Both the position numbers and the translations under genes were made by a program. A stretch of DNA of 63,257 nt, the filler included, from Reclinomonas americana ATCC 50394 (taxonomy: Eukaryota): NCBI GenBank assembly GCA_048213135.1. It is 18 parts of 18 records of this genome, joined end to end, with 100 filler letters (N's around TTAATTAATTAA, not from the genome) between each part and the next. Parts side by side here need not be neighbours in the genome. Positions count along the whole stretch, not along the records: positions 12,318 to 16,272 come from AFZH01020774.1; positions 16,373 to 17,749 come from AFZH01020776.1; positions 17,850 to 23,799 come from AFZH01020777.1; positions 23,900 to 29,294 come from AFZH01020778.1; 14 more parts are not named here. One strand, written 5' to 3'. The notes under the pieces were generated by a model. That model ran no database searches, was not told the DNA's origin, and worked only from the letters and a program-made list of their open reading frames with translations. Positions 13,224-26,900 of this stretch are shown piece by piece (the stretch's first letter is position 1; every line of letters begins with the position of its first letter).

Positions 13224-16200
13224 TCCTTTCTATCTCTCTCTCTCATTTCTATCTCTCTCTCTCCTTTCTATCTCTCTCTCTCCTTTCTATCTCTCTCTCT
13301 CTCCTTTCTATCTCTCTCTCTCCTTTCTATCTCTCTCTCTCTCATTTCTATCTCTCTCTCTCCTTTCTATCTCTCTCTCTCTTTCTATCTCTCTCCCTCC
13401 TTTCTATCTCTCTGTCTGTCTCTCTCTCTCTCTCCCTCCTTTCTATCTCTCTCCTCCCTCTACCCTTTCTCCTGTCCCTCTTCCCTCTTCCCTCTTCCCC
13501 CTCTTCCCCCTTTCTTTCCCCTCTCCCCTCGCACAAATACCTCGAGCCGCCGGACCCCACGAATACGACGCATTCTGCACCATGTTGACGTGCTGTGCAT
13601 CAAACAGCTGGATCATGGAGAAGATGCACAGGTCTTCGTCGCCGAGAGATGCGCGGTACCCGGCACACAATTGCCGATGGAGGCCGCCAAATCTACAGCA
13701 GCGTCAGGAAATCTCGTGGAAACCAAAGTGCAGACGCAACAGACTCACCGACTTCGATCGTCGACTTGGAGGAGCAGGGCATGGACGCCACGAAGCACGG
13801 CAAGCCGCGGTGACAGTGACGGTGGAGTGTACCCACGATGGCTGACAAGAGACAGGTAAGAATAAGAAGCAGAGCAAAGGCGTGGACATCGTACACGCAG
13901 GACACACGACTCACCGATGATGCAGCGGCAGCACACGGCTCAACACACGACCAGACCAAGATGCACACTCAAAGAGAGCAAGCGGTGAGAACTCTCTCGC
14001 CGTGTCCTCCGTGCTGGCCATCGTAGCAGTGCTGAGCAACGAGCGCATCGCGTCCGACGACTCGCGAATGACCGTGTCAAGCACGCTCGAGGCCTGCTTG
14101 GGTGACAGGGAGGCCTGTGAACACGATTGTGAGTTAAGGGAAAGGCGAAACAACACGAATAATCTCTCTCATTCTTGTCTGCTAACTCTATTTGCTTGGT
14201 TATCTATTTCAGTTCTCATGGCACGTCCTCTCTCATCTGGCCCATGCCTTGTCTCTGTATTCTAGCTTTGCTCCTCTTTCCTCTCCTGTTCTCTTTCCTT
14301 CTCTCCTCTTCTCCTTACCACTCTCTCCTTTTTTTCTTTTTCTTGTCGCCTATTCTCTTCTCTGCTCTCCTCTGCTCTTCTCTCTTTCCTTTTCTTTCTC
14401 TTCAATTCATCATTCTTCTTCTCATCTCTCCTCGTCCCCTCCTTCTCTTTCTTTCCTTTGCTTCTCCTCCCATTGCCTTCTCTTCTATCCATCTCTTCTT
14501 TTCTTTCCTTCTCCTCTCCTCTCTTCTCCTCTCATCTCTTTTCTTCACTCCACTTCACTCCACTTCTCTCCTCTCGTTCTTCTCTTTTCTTCTTTCCTCA
14601 TCTCTTCTCTGCTTTTTTCTTCTCCTCTCGTCTCTTATCCTCTTCTCTTTTATTCTCTTCTCTTCTTTTCTTCTCACCTCTTCTCTTCTCTTGTATTCTC
14701 TTTTCCTCTCCTTCTCATCTCTCAACTCCTCTCTTCTCTACCTTTCTCTTCTGTTCTCTTCTCATCTCCTTCTCTTCTCTTGTTCTCATCCCTCGTCTTT
14801 TTTCATTCCTTCTCCTCTCTTCTTTCCTCTCCTCTGTCAGCTCCTCCCTTCTCTTCTCTTCTCTTCTCTTCTCTTCTCTTCTGTTCTCTTCTCATCTCCT
14901 TCTCTTCTCTCATCTTCTCTTCTATTTTATTCTCTTCTCATCTCTTCTATTTCTTGCCTCCCCTTCCCTCACCGTCCCCTCTCCTTCCCCCTCTCCCTCT
15001 CCCCCCTCTCCCTTTCCCTTTCCCTTCCCCCTACTCACCGACAACACGCTAAGCACTCGCACAAGCGCCACCCGCGTCGTCGTTGTCATTCGCGAAGAAG
15101 AGTGAGCCGCATCACGGCACAATTCCAGCAACAGCTGCGATGCAGCACGCTTGCAGTTCGCCACCGCGCCATCCAGTGAAATCGACTCGAACACATCGCG
15201 TGTTGCTAAGAGCGAAAGTGAGAAACTGCGTGATAGCACGACTATTAGGCGGAGACGACGCACCAATCCATTCGCCCAACAGCAACAGCGCATCGCGGTT
15301 GTCATCAGCATCGACGTGCAACTCGCCCTTGCTCCCAACAAGAGAGATAAAGTCGGCGACCAACTGTGCAGCCAGGCGCTCCGCCTGACCCGGTTCGAGA
15401 TGACCAGAATTGAGCACGGCCGTGCCGAGGACGGCCCAGTGCGTTTGCAACATATGACTGCACGAAACAGCAACGCTGTTGAGTATGCGCGCTACTCACC
15501 AAGATCAAACAACACTTACCCGTGGTCATGCAAGTGAGGAGCGAGCGTGTGGGACCACAGCTTTTTCCGGAGACGAGCATCCGCTTCGCCACGGTTACCG
15601 AGCATACCAGCGACCAGCGACAAGATGCATGATTCGTGCCAGCTTCTGCGAATGAGAGAAAGGTGAGAAGGAGACGTTGTGAAAGAGGAGCGAGAGAGGG
15701 AGCAGGGCGACAGGGAGGAGCAGAGCGACAACAGGAGCAGAGCGACAAGAGGAGCACAGCGACAAGAGGAGCACAGCGACAAGAGGAGCACAGCGACAAG
15801 AGGAGCACAGCGACAAGAGGAGCACAGCGACAAGAGGAGCACAGCGACAAGAGGAGCACAGCGACAAGAGGAGCACAGCGACAAGAGGAGCACAGCGACA
15901 AGAGGAGCACAGCGACAAGAGGAGCACAGCGACAACAGGAGCACAGCGACAACAGGAGCACAGCGACAACAGGAGCACAGCGACAACAGGAGCACAGCGA
16001 CAACAGGAGCACAGCGACAACAGGAGCACAGCGACAACAGGAGCACAGCGACAACAGGAGCACAGCGACAACAGGAGCACAGCGACAACAGGAGCACAGC
16101 GACAACAGGAGCACAGCGACAACAGGAGCACAGCGACAAGGAGAGCAGCGCGACAACAGGAGCACAGCGACAACAGGAGCACAGCGACAAGGAGAGCAGC

Positions 16201-17888
16201 GCGACAAGGAGAGCAGGGCGACAACAGGAGCAGAGCGACAACAGGAGCAGAGCGACAACAGGAGCAGAGCGANNNNNNNNNNNNNNNNNNNNNNNNNNNN
16301 NNNNNNNNNNNNNNNNTTAATTAATTAANNNNNNNNNNNNNNNNNNNNNNNNNNNNNNNNNNNNNNNNNNNNGAGTGGGGGGGAGACGGAGTGGGGGGAG
16401 ATGCAGTGAGGGGACGCAGTGGGGGGAGACGGAAGTGGGGGGAGACGGAAGTGGGGGGAGACGCGAGTGGGGGGAGACGGAAGTGGGGCGAGGCAGGAAG
16501 CAGAACCGAGGAAAAACTAGTTGCCTGCTTAAATTCTCAGCAAATTACCTGCATCAGGGGCCAGCGAAACATACGTGGCCTGCAACGCATCGGCCATGTC
16601 GTACAGTCCACGCTGCACGTACTCCACACTGCGTTCGAACAACTGCTCAGCTTGCGGGAACTCCTGCAGTGCGTGCGACCAGTACAGCCGTTCGGACGGA
16701 GATGCTGCGCCAAAGAGTCAGTGTGCGAGTCATCACCTCAAATCACTAGGATTTTGCTCACCGGCGAGAACTGGCAAATGCGCCAGCACGTGCGCAAGAA
16801 GCAGCGCACTCTGCTTTCGGACGCACAACGGCAGCGCAGAGTTGCGCAGCGGTTCCAGGCACACGTGGAGGAGCGGGGCGAGCCCTGTTGACCGACTGAT
16901 GAGGAAAAGCAACCAAATAGCACCCCGCGACCCTCCCGTCTCGCCGCGCAACATTTCTTCTGGCGCGCCGACAACACCAGCGTTGAGTCCAAGAACGACA
17001 GCAGCTTGATGTGCAGCGCGCTGCCGGGCGCCGCCGCCGGAAGGGCCAGCAGATCGGCCACCACGCGGAACGGAGGAGTGGAACCCACAAGCTGTTCGCA
17101 CAAAAGTCAGCTCGCGCTGCGCATAAGCAATTTCTTCACAGGAAAGCAACGCACCTCCGGCGCACAAGCATAGTAGAGTGCGAGGACATCCACCCACGCC
17201 ACCGCTGCCACCGAGCTGGAGTCACCAGCAGCCACCTCAGCCACCATGGCCGGACGCAGCGCCAGCACCACCTGCACGTCCGGCAGATAGTTGGCCACCA
17301 GCGATGCCAGATGCTCGCTGCTGATCGACCCCGACGCTTGCTGCAGTCGACGCAGAATGGTGGCCACCAGCAGGAGCGAGTGGTGGCGCACCAGGCGATG
17401 CTGCGACTGGAGCAGCCAGGAGACCTGTGCACGCGTGGCGGACCGCGAAATGTGCTCTGGCAGTGCCGCGGCGAGGACGTCCGCCGGCAGGCGGTTGAGC
17501 AGCTGAATGTAGAGCGACAGCGCGCTGAATGTGGCAAACGATGGCTTGCCATCAAAGGAAAAGGGGAAGCCGGCGAGGTACCTGCAGACAGGGAAAGGGG
17601 GTGAGAAGGGGGGTGAGAGGGAGAGAGGGAGAGGGAGAGGGAGAGGGAGAGGGAGAGGGAGAGGGAGAGGGAGGAGGGAGGAGGGAGAGGGAGGAGGGAG
17701 GAGGGAGGAGGGAGGAGGGAGGAGAGGAGAGAGGGAGGAGGGAGGAGGGNNNNNNNNNNNNNNNNNNNNNNNNNNNNNNNNNNNNNNNNNNNNTTAATTA
17801 ATTAANNNNNNNNNNNNNNNNNNNNNNNNNNNNNNNNNNNNNNNNNNNNCTCTTTCTCTCTCTCTCTGTCTCTCACTCTCGCATTCTG

Positions 17889-17919
<31 letters not shown>

Positions 17920-20900
17920 CTCTCTCACTCACTCACTCACTCACTCACTCTCTCTTTTCTCTCTCTTTCTCTGTCTCCCTCTCTCTCCCCTCACTCTCCT
18001 TCTCTTCCATCTCTCTCTTTTTCTCTCTCTCTCTAACACACACACACACACTCACTTCCCTTTTCCCATACTCTGTTTCCTCCTCTCATTTTGCATTCCA
18101 ACGCAACTCGACCAAAAACTCCGGCGGCGACATGTCGACCATGTGCAACAGCAGAGCCCGCTGGCGCGTGTTCACCAACGCCGCCGACAGAGAGCGTGCC
18201 ACGGCAACCAGCACGCGGTTCACGGTGGCGGCCAGAGCGGCCACGCTGTTCTCGTTGAAGGTGCCAGCGCCTTCCTCGACCAGCTGCTCGGCGTGCGGGG
18301 TGTACTCGAGGCCAGAGACGGGGCGGCAGAGAATGTCCATGAGGAAGGTGTGTGCCAGCAGCTCGCTCTCCTCCGAGTCGCGGGAGTACATTTGGATGAA
18401 CTGCGGGGGGAGGGGAAAGGGGGAGGCAGAGGGGGAGGATGAGGGAAAGGCAAAGGAGGAGGGGAAGGCATGGGGAAGGGAGGGGGAAGGGCAATGCGAG
18501 AAAAAAAGGAAGGATAAAGGAGTGAAGGCATACCGGAAGGGAGGATGAAGAGATCGCAACAGGGAAGGGATGGAGCGTACGGTCAAATAGAAGGGAGGAT
18601 GCAGCGGAAGCGAACGGGAAGGGAGGATGCAGGGAGGAAGAAGGGAACGGAAGATGAAGGGGAATGTCAAGAGAGAAAAACGGAAACAGAGGGAAGGCAA
18701 CAGAGTGAGGGACGATGAAGGTGATGGCAACAGAGAAAGGCGGATAGAGGGGAAGGCGAAGGAGAAGGAGAAGGGAGGATGGAGGGGAAGGCGAAAGAGA
18801 AGGGAGAATGGACGGAGAGGAAATTAAGAGAGAGAGAGAGAGGGAAAGACTGAGAAAGAGACTGAGAGAGACTGAAAGAATGAGAGAGAATGAGGGAAAG
18901 AGAGAGACTGAGAGAGTGAGAGGCAAGTAAACGGATGAGGTTGGCTGGCGCTAGAGGAGAACAACCGGGGGAAAGGAAGAAATGGTCAAGCGGGACAGAA
19001 AACGCGAGAAACGAAGAATGCGACAAGAACTCTTGCGTCTCTCCTCTGAACCAAATGGTTGCTCTTTTCGCGAGAGAGCGAGAGAGAGAGAGAGACTGAG
19101 AGAGAACAGAGAAGGGGGGAGACTGAGACAGAAACACAGTGAGACTGAGGGAGAGACTGAGAGAGAGACTGAGAGAGAGACTGAGAGAGAGACTGAGAGA
19201 GAGAGAGACTGAGAGAGAGACTGAGAGAGACTGAGAGAGGTGTGAGCATGGGATGAGGTTGGACGGCGTTAGAGGAGAACAAACGGAGGAATGAGTGGAT
19301 GCAATGAGGAACGAAGAGAGGACTCTCTAGCTTCTCACTTCCCTTCTCCGCCCTTCTTCGCCTCCCTGCACTCACCACCTTGGCCGTCACTTGATCAAAG
19401 AAACGAGTCTTGCTGCGGCGGGAGATGCGCGTGTTGCGGAACACACGCTTGCGCAGCGCCGTGATGAGCAGTGCTTGCACCTGCGCACAAATTCGTGAGA
19501 AGGCTGTGGCACTCTGGAGCCGCATCACCGAGCACCCCCACCTTGGGCGTGTTCATCCACAACCCGCGAATGGCAGAGCGCAAAAACGACTTTTCCTCCA
19601 GCATGGCATTGACGAGCTCGCGATCTGCCACACGCAGCGTGTGCGCGGCGATCTCCACGTACAGGTTGCGGTAGACTGCAACTGAAAGTGAGCAAGGCAA
19701 ATCAACGGGGTCTACGAAAATGCCCAGCACACCTGCGACGCCCTTGACTTTGCCGTCGGGGTGCCGACTGTGCCACACGAACGGCTTGAAGGTGAAATTG
19801 AACTTGTGGAAGAACTCGCGCGCGGCAAACGGGCCCTGTCGCACACAGTCGCGCAGCAGTTCCATGGAAACGCGCACCAGCATCGCCGTCTGCGAGCCGA
19901 GGTGCTTGGTGATGGTCTTCATGTGATAGCGGAACACCTAGAGCGGGGCGGGAAAGGGAGGAAGAAGGGTGAGCGGGGTGGGTGGAAGGGACGAAGGGAA
20001 TGAGGACGCACCAGCAGCGCGAGTTCCTGCCCGAACCGCCGCTCGGCGGTCTCGGTGCTCCGGTGGAGGGCGCGCAGGAGGGCCGAGAGAAGGGAGAGGA
20101 TGGCGGTGGTGAGGGCCGTGGAGTCTTGTCCTTGCTGCGAAACAAATAAAGAAGGGGGAGAAGGCGTGAGGGAAAGCAGGAAAAGAGAGATCGATAGCGG
20201 GAAAGGATAACAGCACATAAAGCAGGGGAAGTGAGAGAAGGATGAAATAGACGGTCGGGAACAACAGAGAAAGAGATCTCGACAAAAGGAAAGGAGGGAG
20301 ATGTATGAACGGAAGGGGCGTGGAAAGGACAAGAGAGAGGCAGCGATGAGGGAGGGAAAAGTGAAAGAGAAAGAGGGAAAGAGGGAGAGGAGAATAGGAA
20401 CGGAGAAGACGGAGAGCAGAGGCGAAGAAAAAGAGAGACAGATGGAAAGATTGAAAGAGATGAGGCGGCAGAGAGAGGGCCAGCAAAAAGAGGGAGGGTG
20501 TGAGGAGTCGATCGGGTGAGGAGCGGAAGCAAGAGGGCAGACAGAAGAGGGAAAAGAGAAGAGACGTATCGCAAACAATTTGTCTGGAAAGTGACTGATG
20601 GAAGAGATCACGCCAATTAATCAGGAAACATCGACTCCTGAAGAACGAGTGCATCCCACAAACACGTCTTCTACGGTTAACAACTTCGTGTCTATGAGAT
20701 TGAAGGAGTTCTGTTCGCACAGTTACTCTTTCATCTTCCCCTCTTCCCTCTTCTCTCCCCTTCCCATCCTTCACTCACCCTGGTGGCCTTGGACCAGAAC
20801 CCCAGCACCTCCTTGCCGGCCCTCTCCGTCACCACGTACTCGCGAAGGAAGGCCGCCACTTGCAGTTCCGTGCCGGAGCCGGAGGCAGAGGCCCCACCGG

Positions 20901-21961
20901 TCTCTTCGACGTCCATGTCGGCCTCGTCGTTGTCGGCGGCGCCAGCGCCGCTGTTGAAGAATGCGGCCCACTGGTGCAGGGCTGAGGGTGGGAATGAAGG
21001 GGGGGAAGGGAAGGGAAGGGTGAGTGTGGGGGATGACGGAGGAGGGAGGGAGGGAGGGAGTTGAAGAGAGAGAAAAGACGGAGAAAGAATGAGAGAAGGT
21101 GAGGAGGAATGAGAGAGAGGAGGGGGGGTGGGGGAGGGAGGGGGAGAGCGAGGGTGGTTGCTCATGTCGTCAAGCACAGAGGGGACATACAATGCTGAAG
21201 ATTAGCGAACGCATTGCACAGAGAACCGGATCGCCCCATGCACGCGCACGTGCAAGGAGATGCTTTTCTTGCTCTTCCTCTTTCGCAAGCCCACCCTTTT
21301 CTCTCACAGGCGTGTAAGAGCTGACAGAACGCATCTATCGCACACACACGCGTCTCCGCTCTCTCTTCTCCTTCTCTGCGCTCACACAATGCACGCACTC
21401 GCATTGCCTGTCTTTCCTTGCTCTCCTTCACGCAATCACAGAGTGTACACAATACATGAATCCCTCTTGCAGCACTTGCTCACAGTGAGAGAGAGAGAGA
21501 GAGAAAGAAAGAGAGAAGGAGAAAGCGAGAGAGAGAGAGAGAAACACAACAACTATCTTCAATACACTCACGCTATGCAATCAATGCATGTACTTCCTTC
21601 ACTCTCTCTCTCTCTCTCTCTCGCACACACACACACACAACAAACACACAACAAAACACACACAATGCAACACACACAATGCACACACAATGCACTCACA
21701 ATGCACACACAATACACGCAATGCACACGCATTGCACACAAGCTTACTCAATGCACACACAAAGTGCACGCACTCTCTCCATTTCCCTCACTTTCTCTCT
21801 CACACACACACATAATGCACACACCTACACACACAATGCACACATAATGCACACATAATGCACACATAATGCACACAATGCACTCACACAATGCACTCAC
21901 ACAATGCACACATACCCTCCTCAACGCACTCACACAATGCACTCTCTCTACTTCCCTCACT

Positions 21962-22021
<60 letters not shown>

Positions 22022-22474
22022 CACCACATAATGCACACATAATGCACACACAATGCATACATGCATGCACAATGCACACATACCCTCCTCAACGCACTCA
22101 CACATACGCACTCTCCACTTCCCTCACGCACACACACACTCTCTCTCTCTCTCTCTCTCATCCCCTTTTCCTCCCCTTTTCCTCCCCTTTTCCTCTCTCT
22201 CTCACACACCCTTCGCCTGCGCCCTTGTAATCGTCGCATTCTTGCTCCTCGCCGACGCCAACAAGCGCAACAACGACGGCACAGTAAACGAGGCCACTTG
22301 CGCAATCGCCAATGCAGCTGCCTCTTCAGAGGAAGAAGAAGCAGAGGAAGAGGAAGAGAGAGGCACTGCTTTCTCCTTCTCTTCCTTCTTCTTCTTTTGC
22401 TTCTTCTCCTTCTTAGAGGAAGGCATGCGCTCGTCCTCTGTGATGGAAGCGGCCTTCTTCTTCTCCTTGGGCAT
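8852..22474 (-). CDS. URB1: Nucleolar pre-ribosomal-associated protein 1 (URB1/Npa1), multi-exon, spans four gaps
   Basis: ATG at 22474 (MPKEKKKA...). Npa1 N-domain motifs QGPFAAREFFHKFNFTFK, RISRRSKTRFF, HTFLMDILC. Mid-region GYRASLGDEDLCIF..SWGPAA and YDPRFLL. C-terminal NopRA1-like LPVFQDLF..WKRDRQFVLSLL..DYLMLRRRHALHQLMTLY. Last exon 9070-8852 ends in TAG. Not every internal exon boundary was resolved. Confidence 0.88.
10240..11100. repeat. Intronic minisatellite, about 17-nt unit GCAGCGCGAG(A/G)(G/C)AGGA, in URB1
   Basis: Visible tandem repetition on both sides of a gap. Confidence 0.95.
15710..16272. repeat. Intronic minisatellite, 17-nt unit AGCGACAA(G/C)AGGAGCAC, in URB1
   Basis: About 30 tandem copies with a block-wise G-to-C switch near 15935. 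Confidence 0.95.
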
Positions 22475-22608
22475 CGAAAATGGACGAATAGAATGTGTCC
22501 TGCAGAATGAATGCAATGTAATGTTTTCTTGCGAGTGCAGGGAGCAAGGAACTGTGCGTATCGCCTCCTCAACTGCATCGTCTTTCACGCTGCATTCGGT
22601 GCGTGCAT

Positions 22609-22785
22609 TTACGCAATCGCCAAGGCAGCTGCCTCTTCAGAGGAAGAAGAAGAAGAGGAAGAGAGCTCGAGAGGCACTGCTTTCTCCTTCTCTTCCTTCT
22701 TCTTCTTTTGCTTCTGCTTCTTCTCAGAGGAAGGCATGGGCTCGTCCTCTGCGATAGAAGCAGCTTTCTTCTTCTCCTTGGGCAT
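22609..22785 (-). pseudogene. Truncated tandem duplicate of the URB1 5' end (58-aa upstream ORF)
   Basis: MPKEKKKAASIAEDEPMPSS..EEAAALAIA* copies the URB1 start at an offset of about 311 bp, upstream flank included, and ends in TAA at 22611-22609. Confidence 0.85.
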
Positions 22786-23549
22786 CGAAAATGGAAGAAT
22801 AGAGTGTGTCCTGCAGCGCATGAATGCACTTCTCTCTTGCCACGCCCTCGCTGCTGAGTGTGGAGGGTATACCATGAACAGTGCGGCAGAGAACTCTCTT
22901 AACTGCATTGTCTTGCACGCTGCCACTCTGCATTCTACGTTTTTCAAACGTCGAGAAGAGTTGACGGGTGTCCTAACACGGAATGCACTGCGCTCTTGGC
23001 ACCTTGTCGCTTATGGATGTGGAGGGCACGTCGCAACGAACACTGTGGAACATTCTCTCGCCTGCATCGTCCTCCACGAGCGCTGCATTCGAACGATATA
23101 TATCGCGACGTCGAGACTGTTACCAGAGCAGTGTGCACCTGCAGGTCGAGCTTGTGCGTGGAATACCTCCTACGCTTGTGTCTCTAGTGATACCGCCACA
23201 GCAACGAGCGAGTGTGCACGTGAATCCGCATAATTTGTCGACGTCGACGTCGACGTCGCGTAAATGTTTGCACTGCACAGCTGCCACTGCTGTATGAGAT
23301 CTGCTTCCTCACACAAGCACTCGCGCACTACCACCTCTTCCAGTTGGCTGCCTTTCAAACTGCGCATGCATGATCATAAAACACGTCGACGTCGGCATCT
23401 CTTCTCCTCATTGTGAAAAGACTTGCGATTTTCCTTGCACACCTCACCACTGCACCCACTCACTCTCTCGCCTTTCCACTCACGAGGCAACATTGCAGAC
23501 TGAGCAGACGACATCACAGGACACCATTTGCTCTCTGTCCACACGCGCA

Positions 23550-23899
23550 ATGGCTTCTTCTCCGTCTTCTTCCTCTTCTCCCTCGCTCTCCGCCGCCGAG
23601 AGTGCGCTCATTCGCGACTTCCTCGTGGACGTTCCGCGCACGTTCAATGGATCGCCGTTGGACGAGGAGGAGAGAACGCGGAGGGCGAGGTGGTTGGCTG
23701 AGAGGCACATGCAGGTGGCCAACTTGCATGCCACGAAGAAGGTGGGAGAGAGGGAGAGGGAGAGGGAGGAGAAGGAGAGGGAGGAGAAGGGAGGGAGAGN
23801 NNNNNNNNNNNNNNNNNNNNNNNNNNNNNNNNNNNNNNNNNNNTTAATTAATTAANNNNNNNNNNNNNNNNNNNNNNNNNNNNNNNNNNNNNNNNNNNN

Positions 23900-23933
<34 letters not shown>

Positions 23934-26900
23934 GAGAGATAGAGGTGAGAGAATGCATGATTGCTTACTTGCAGGAACGCTCGATCATTCAGACTCGGTC
24001 TTATTCGCACTCGGTGTCTCTCTCTTCTCTTCTCTCTCAGAGAAGCAGGAGGGAGGGATAATGAGAGGAATGCTCGATCATTCAGACTCAGTGTCATTCT
24101 CATTCGCCCATTCTCTCTCTCTGTTTCGCTCTCCCAGTCTCCTTTCTTTCTTTTGTCGCTCTCTATATCTCTCTTTTCTCCTCTTCTCTCTGTTTTCTCC
24201 TCTCTTCTCTCTCTTCTCCTCTCTCTCTCTCAGAGAGGCAGGGAAGGGAGTGAAGGTGACAGCATGATTGCTTGCAGGCAGGAATGCTCGATCATTCAGA
24301 CTCAGTGTCATTCTCATTCGCACTCGTTGTCTCTGTTTGTCTCTCTCTCTCTCTCTCAGAGAGGCAGGGAAGTGAGAGAATGTATGAGAGCATCACTGCA
24401 GGCGCCGATGCTTTAGCATTCAGGCTCCGTCTCTCGGTCTCGCATTGTCTTTCTCTCTTTGTTTTTCTCTCAGGGAGTCAGGGGAGGGAGAGAATGTGTC
24501 GCTGCAGGCGCTGATGCTCAATCGGACTCAGTCTTTCCCACCATCTCTCGGCCTCATCGTCTCTTTGTGGCTCTGAGGCTCGCAGTCCACCTCTCGTTGT
24601 CTCTCTGTTTGTCGCTCTCTTTCTCTCTCTCTCTCTCTTAGAGGCAGGGATGTGATAGAATGCATCACTGCAGGCGCTGATGCACATTCGGACTCACCTC
24701 TCGTATCAATCGCCCTGCCCTCTCTCTCAGCTTCACACTCACTGGTTCCGTTTCTCTGGCTTTCTGTGTCTGTGTCTCTGTGTCTCTCCGTCTCCGCCAC
24801 TTTGTCTCCGCGTCCCCATGTCTCCGTCTTGACCTTTCCACTTCCTTCCTCTTCCTCGATGTCATCGAATGGTCAACCTTGCCCTTCTCTCCTTTCGCTC
24901 TGCCTCTGCGCTGCGTGCCACCGACCTCGCAAATCATCCATGCCATTCTCCTCCTGTTCTACCTTTCACTCTCTCCTTTTCCCTCTCCCTCTCCCTCCCC
25001 CTTCGCCCTCTTCTGCCCTTTTCCTCCACCCACCCACCTTTCCCTCTCTGCAGTGGTCCGACGCCGAACACATCCTCCGCGACACCCTCGCCACCATGGG
25101 TGAGCGCGCCTGCGTCGATCCCGAAACCTCACGCGCCGCCCTCGGCTTCCGCAACAATCTCGGCGTCACCCTGATGCGCCAGAACAAGTTGGGTGCTGCA
25201 ATAACTCATTGTTGTTTCTCACCCCTGTTGCTTCTCCTCATTCCGTTCATTGTCCTCCTCCGACTCTGTTATCTTCATTGATTTCCTGGTATCCACTCTT
25301 CCTCTTTCCTTCTCCCATCGTCCTCCTCCGACTCAGTTATTTTCCTTGCTTTCCTGTTATCCATTCTTCCTCTTCCTTCTCCCATCGTCCTCCTCCGACT
25401 CTATTATCTTCATTGCTTTCCTCTTATCCACTGATCCTCTTTCCTTCTCCCATCGTCCTCCTCCGACTCTGTTATCATCCTTGCTTTCCTGTTATCCACT
25501 GATCCTCTTTCCTTCTCCCATCGTCCTCCTCCGACTCGGTTATCTGCATTGATTTCCTGTTATCCACTGATCCTCTTTCCTTCTCCCATCGTCCTCCTCC
25601 GACTCGGTTATCTTCATTGCTTTCCTGTTATCCACTGATCCTCTTTTCTTCTCCCATCGTCCTCCTCCGACTCGGTTATCTGCATTGCTTTCCTGTTATC
25701 CACTGTTAGTCTTTCCTTTTTCGATTGCCCAATTCCCATGACCCGAGAACGTGGTGGCCGCCGCCACACAACTCGCATAGCCTGTTGCACCGTAATAGTT
25801 GACGATCCATTCGCATGTCTTGCACGTTCCGTGGCCGGAGCATGTCGCAGTGGGACTGCAGTTGCAGATGGCATTGTCGTCGCCCGTGCACAGACACGTC
25901 CCATCACTCTGGCACGTTCCGTTGCCGGAGCAGGTGGTGGTCGGACTGCAGTTGCAGCTGGCATTGGTGTAGTCGCCCGCGCGGTCTTCTTTCCTTTCCT
26001 GTTATCCGCACTCCATCCATTCTCCCTCTTTCCTTCTCCCATTATCCTCATCCGACCCTTTATCTTCATTGTTTTCCTGTGTTCACTCTTCCTCTTTCCT
26101 TCCCCCATTGCCCTCTTCCGACACCTCATCTTCTTTCCGTTCCTGTTATCTGCACTCCATCCACTTTTTCTCTTTCCCTCTCCATTATCCTCATCCCTTC
26201 CCCCTTCTCCCCCTTCCTCCCCCTTCCCTTCCCTTACCATCTCCCTTCCCCTCCCTTCCCAGCCTCGCCGACGCCGAAACCACCCTCCTCTCCGTCATCA
26301 CCGCCGCCCGCTCGCACCACCCCGAGCTCATGTCCATCTCCCAAAGCAAGCTGGCCGAGGCCTACGCCTCCGCCGGCCGCCGCCAAGACGCCGAGGCCAC
26401 CCTGCGCGAGGCGCTCTCCTCGCTGGACCGCCACGGCGGCTCGGCACGCGACCGCTTCTACATTCGCCTCAACATCGGCACCCTCGCGCAAGAGGACGGG
26501 CGGTACGAGGACGCCGCGCGCATGTACGCCGAGGCCGGCCGCATCGCCGCGCAGTCACTGGGACCCGGTCATCGTGACACGAGTTGCGTGTGCTCCTCAA
26601 TGCTGTCTCTCTCTCCCTCTCCCTCACTTCCCCTTTTCTACGCAGTCCGCGCGCGCTCCGAACTGGTGGACCTGCTGCTGATGGTGGGCGACGGCAAAGA
26701 GGCCCTTCGAGTGTGTCGCGAGGACATGATTCCGCACGTGGACCAAAAGTCGGCCGAGGGCATGAGTGTGCGCTTCCTCTTTGCGCGCGTCCTGTCGCGC
26801 CTCGGCCAGTTCTCCGGCGCCGAGGAGATTCTCGTGCCGCTGGCCGACGAGATGCGCAGCTCGCAACATCCCCGCGCCATTCAGGTGCTGGAGCAGCTCG

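Noticed and set aside
15710..16272. Regularly spaced short repeats suggesting a CRISPR array
   Set aside because: Head-to-tail minisatellite without unique spacers, inside a eukaryotic intron, with no cas genes.
20590..20710. Integrase-like words (NNFVSMRLKEFC) antisense in a URB1 intron
   Set aside because: Too short and lacks the catalytic D context; cannot be supported.
21170..21270. U6 snRNA-like words (GAAGATTAGC, ACAGAGAA, GCAAGGA)
   Set aside because: The words are in the wrong order and spacing for U6; probably chance.
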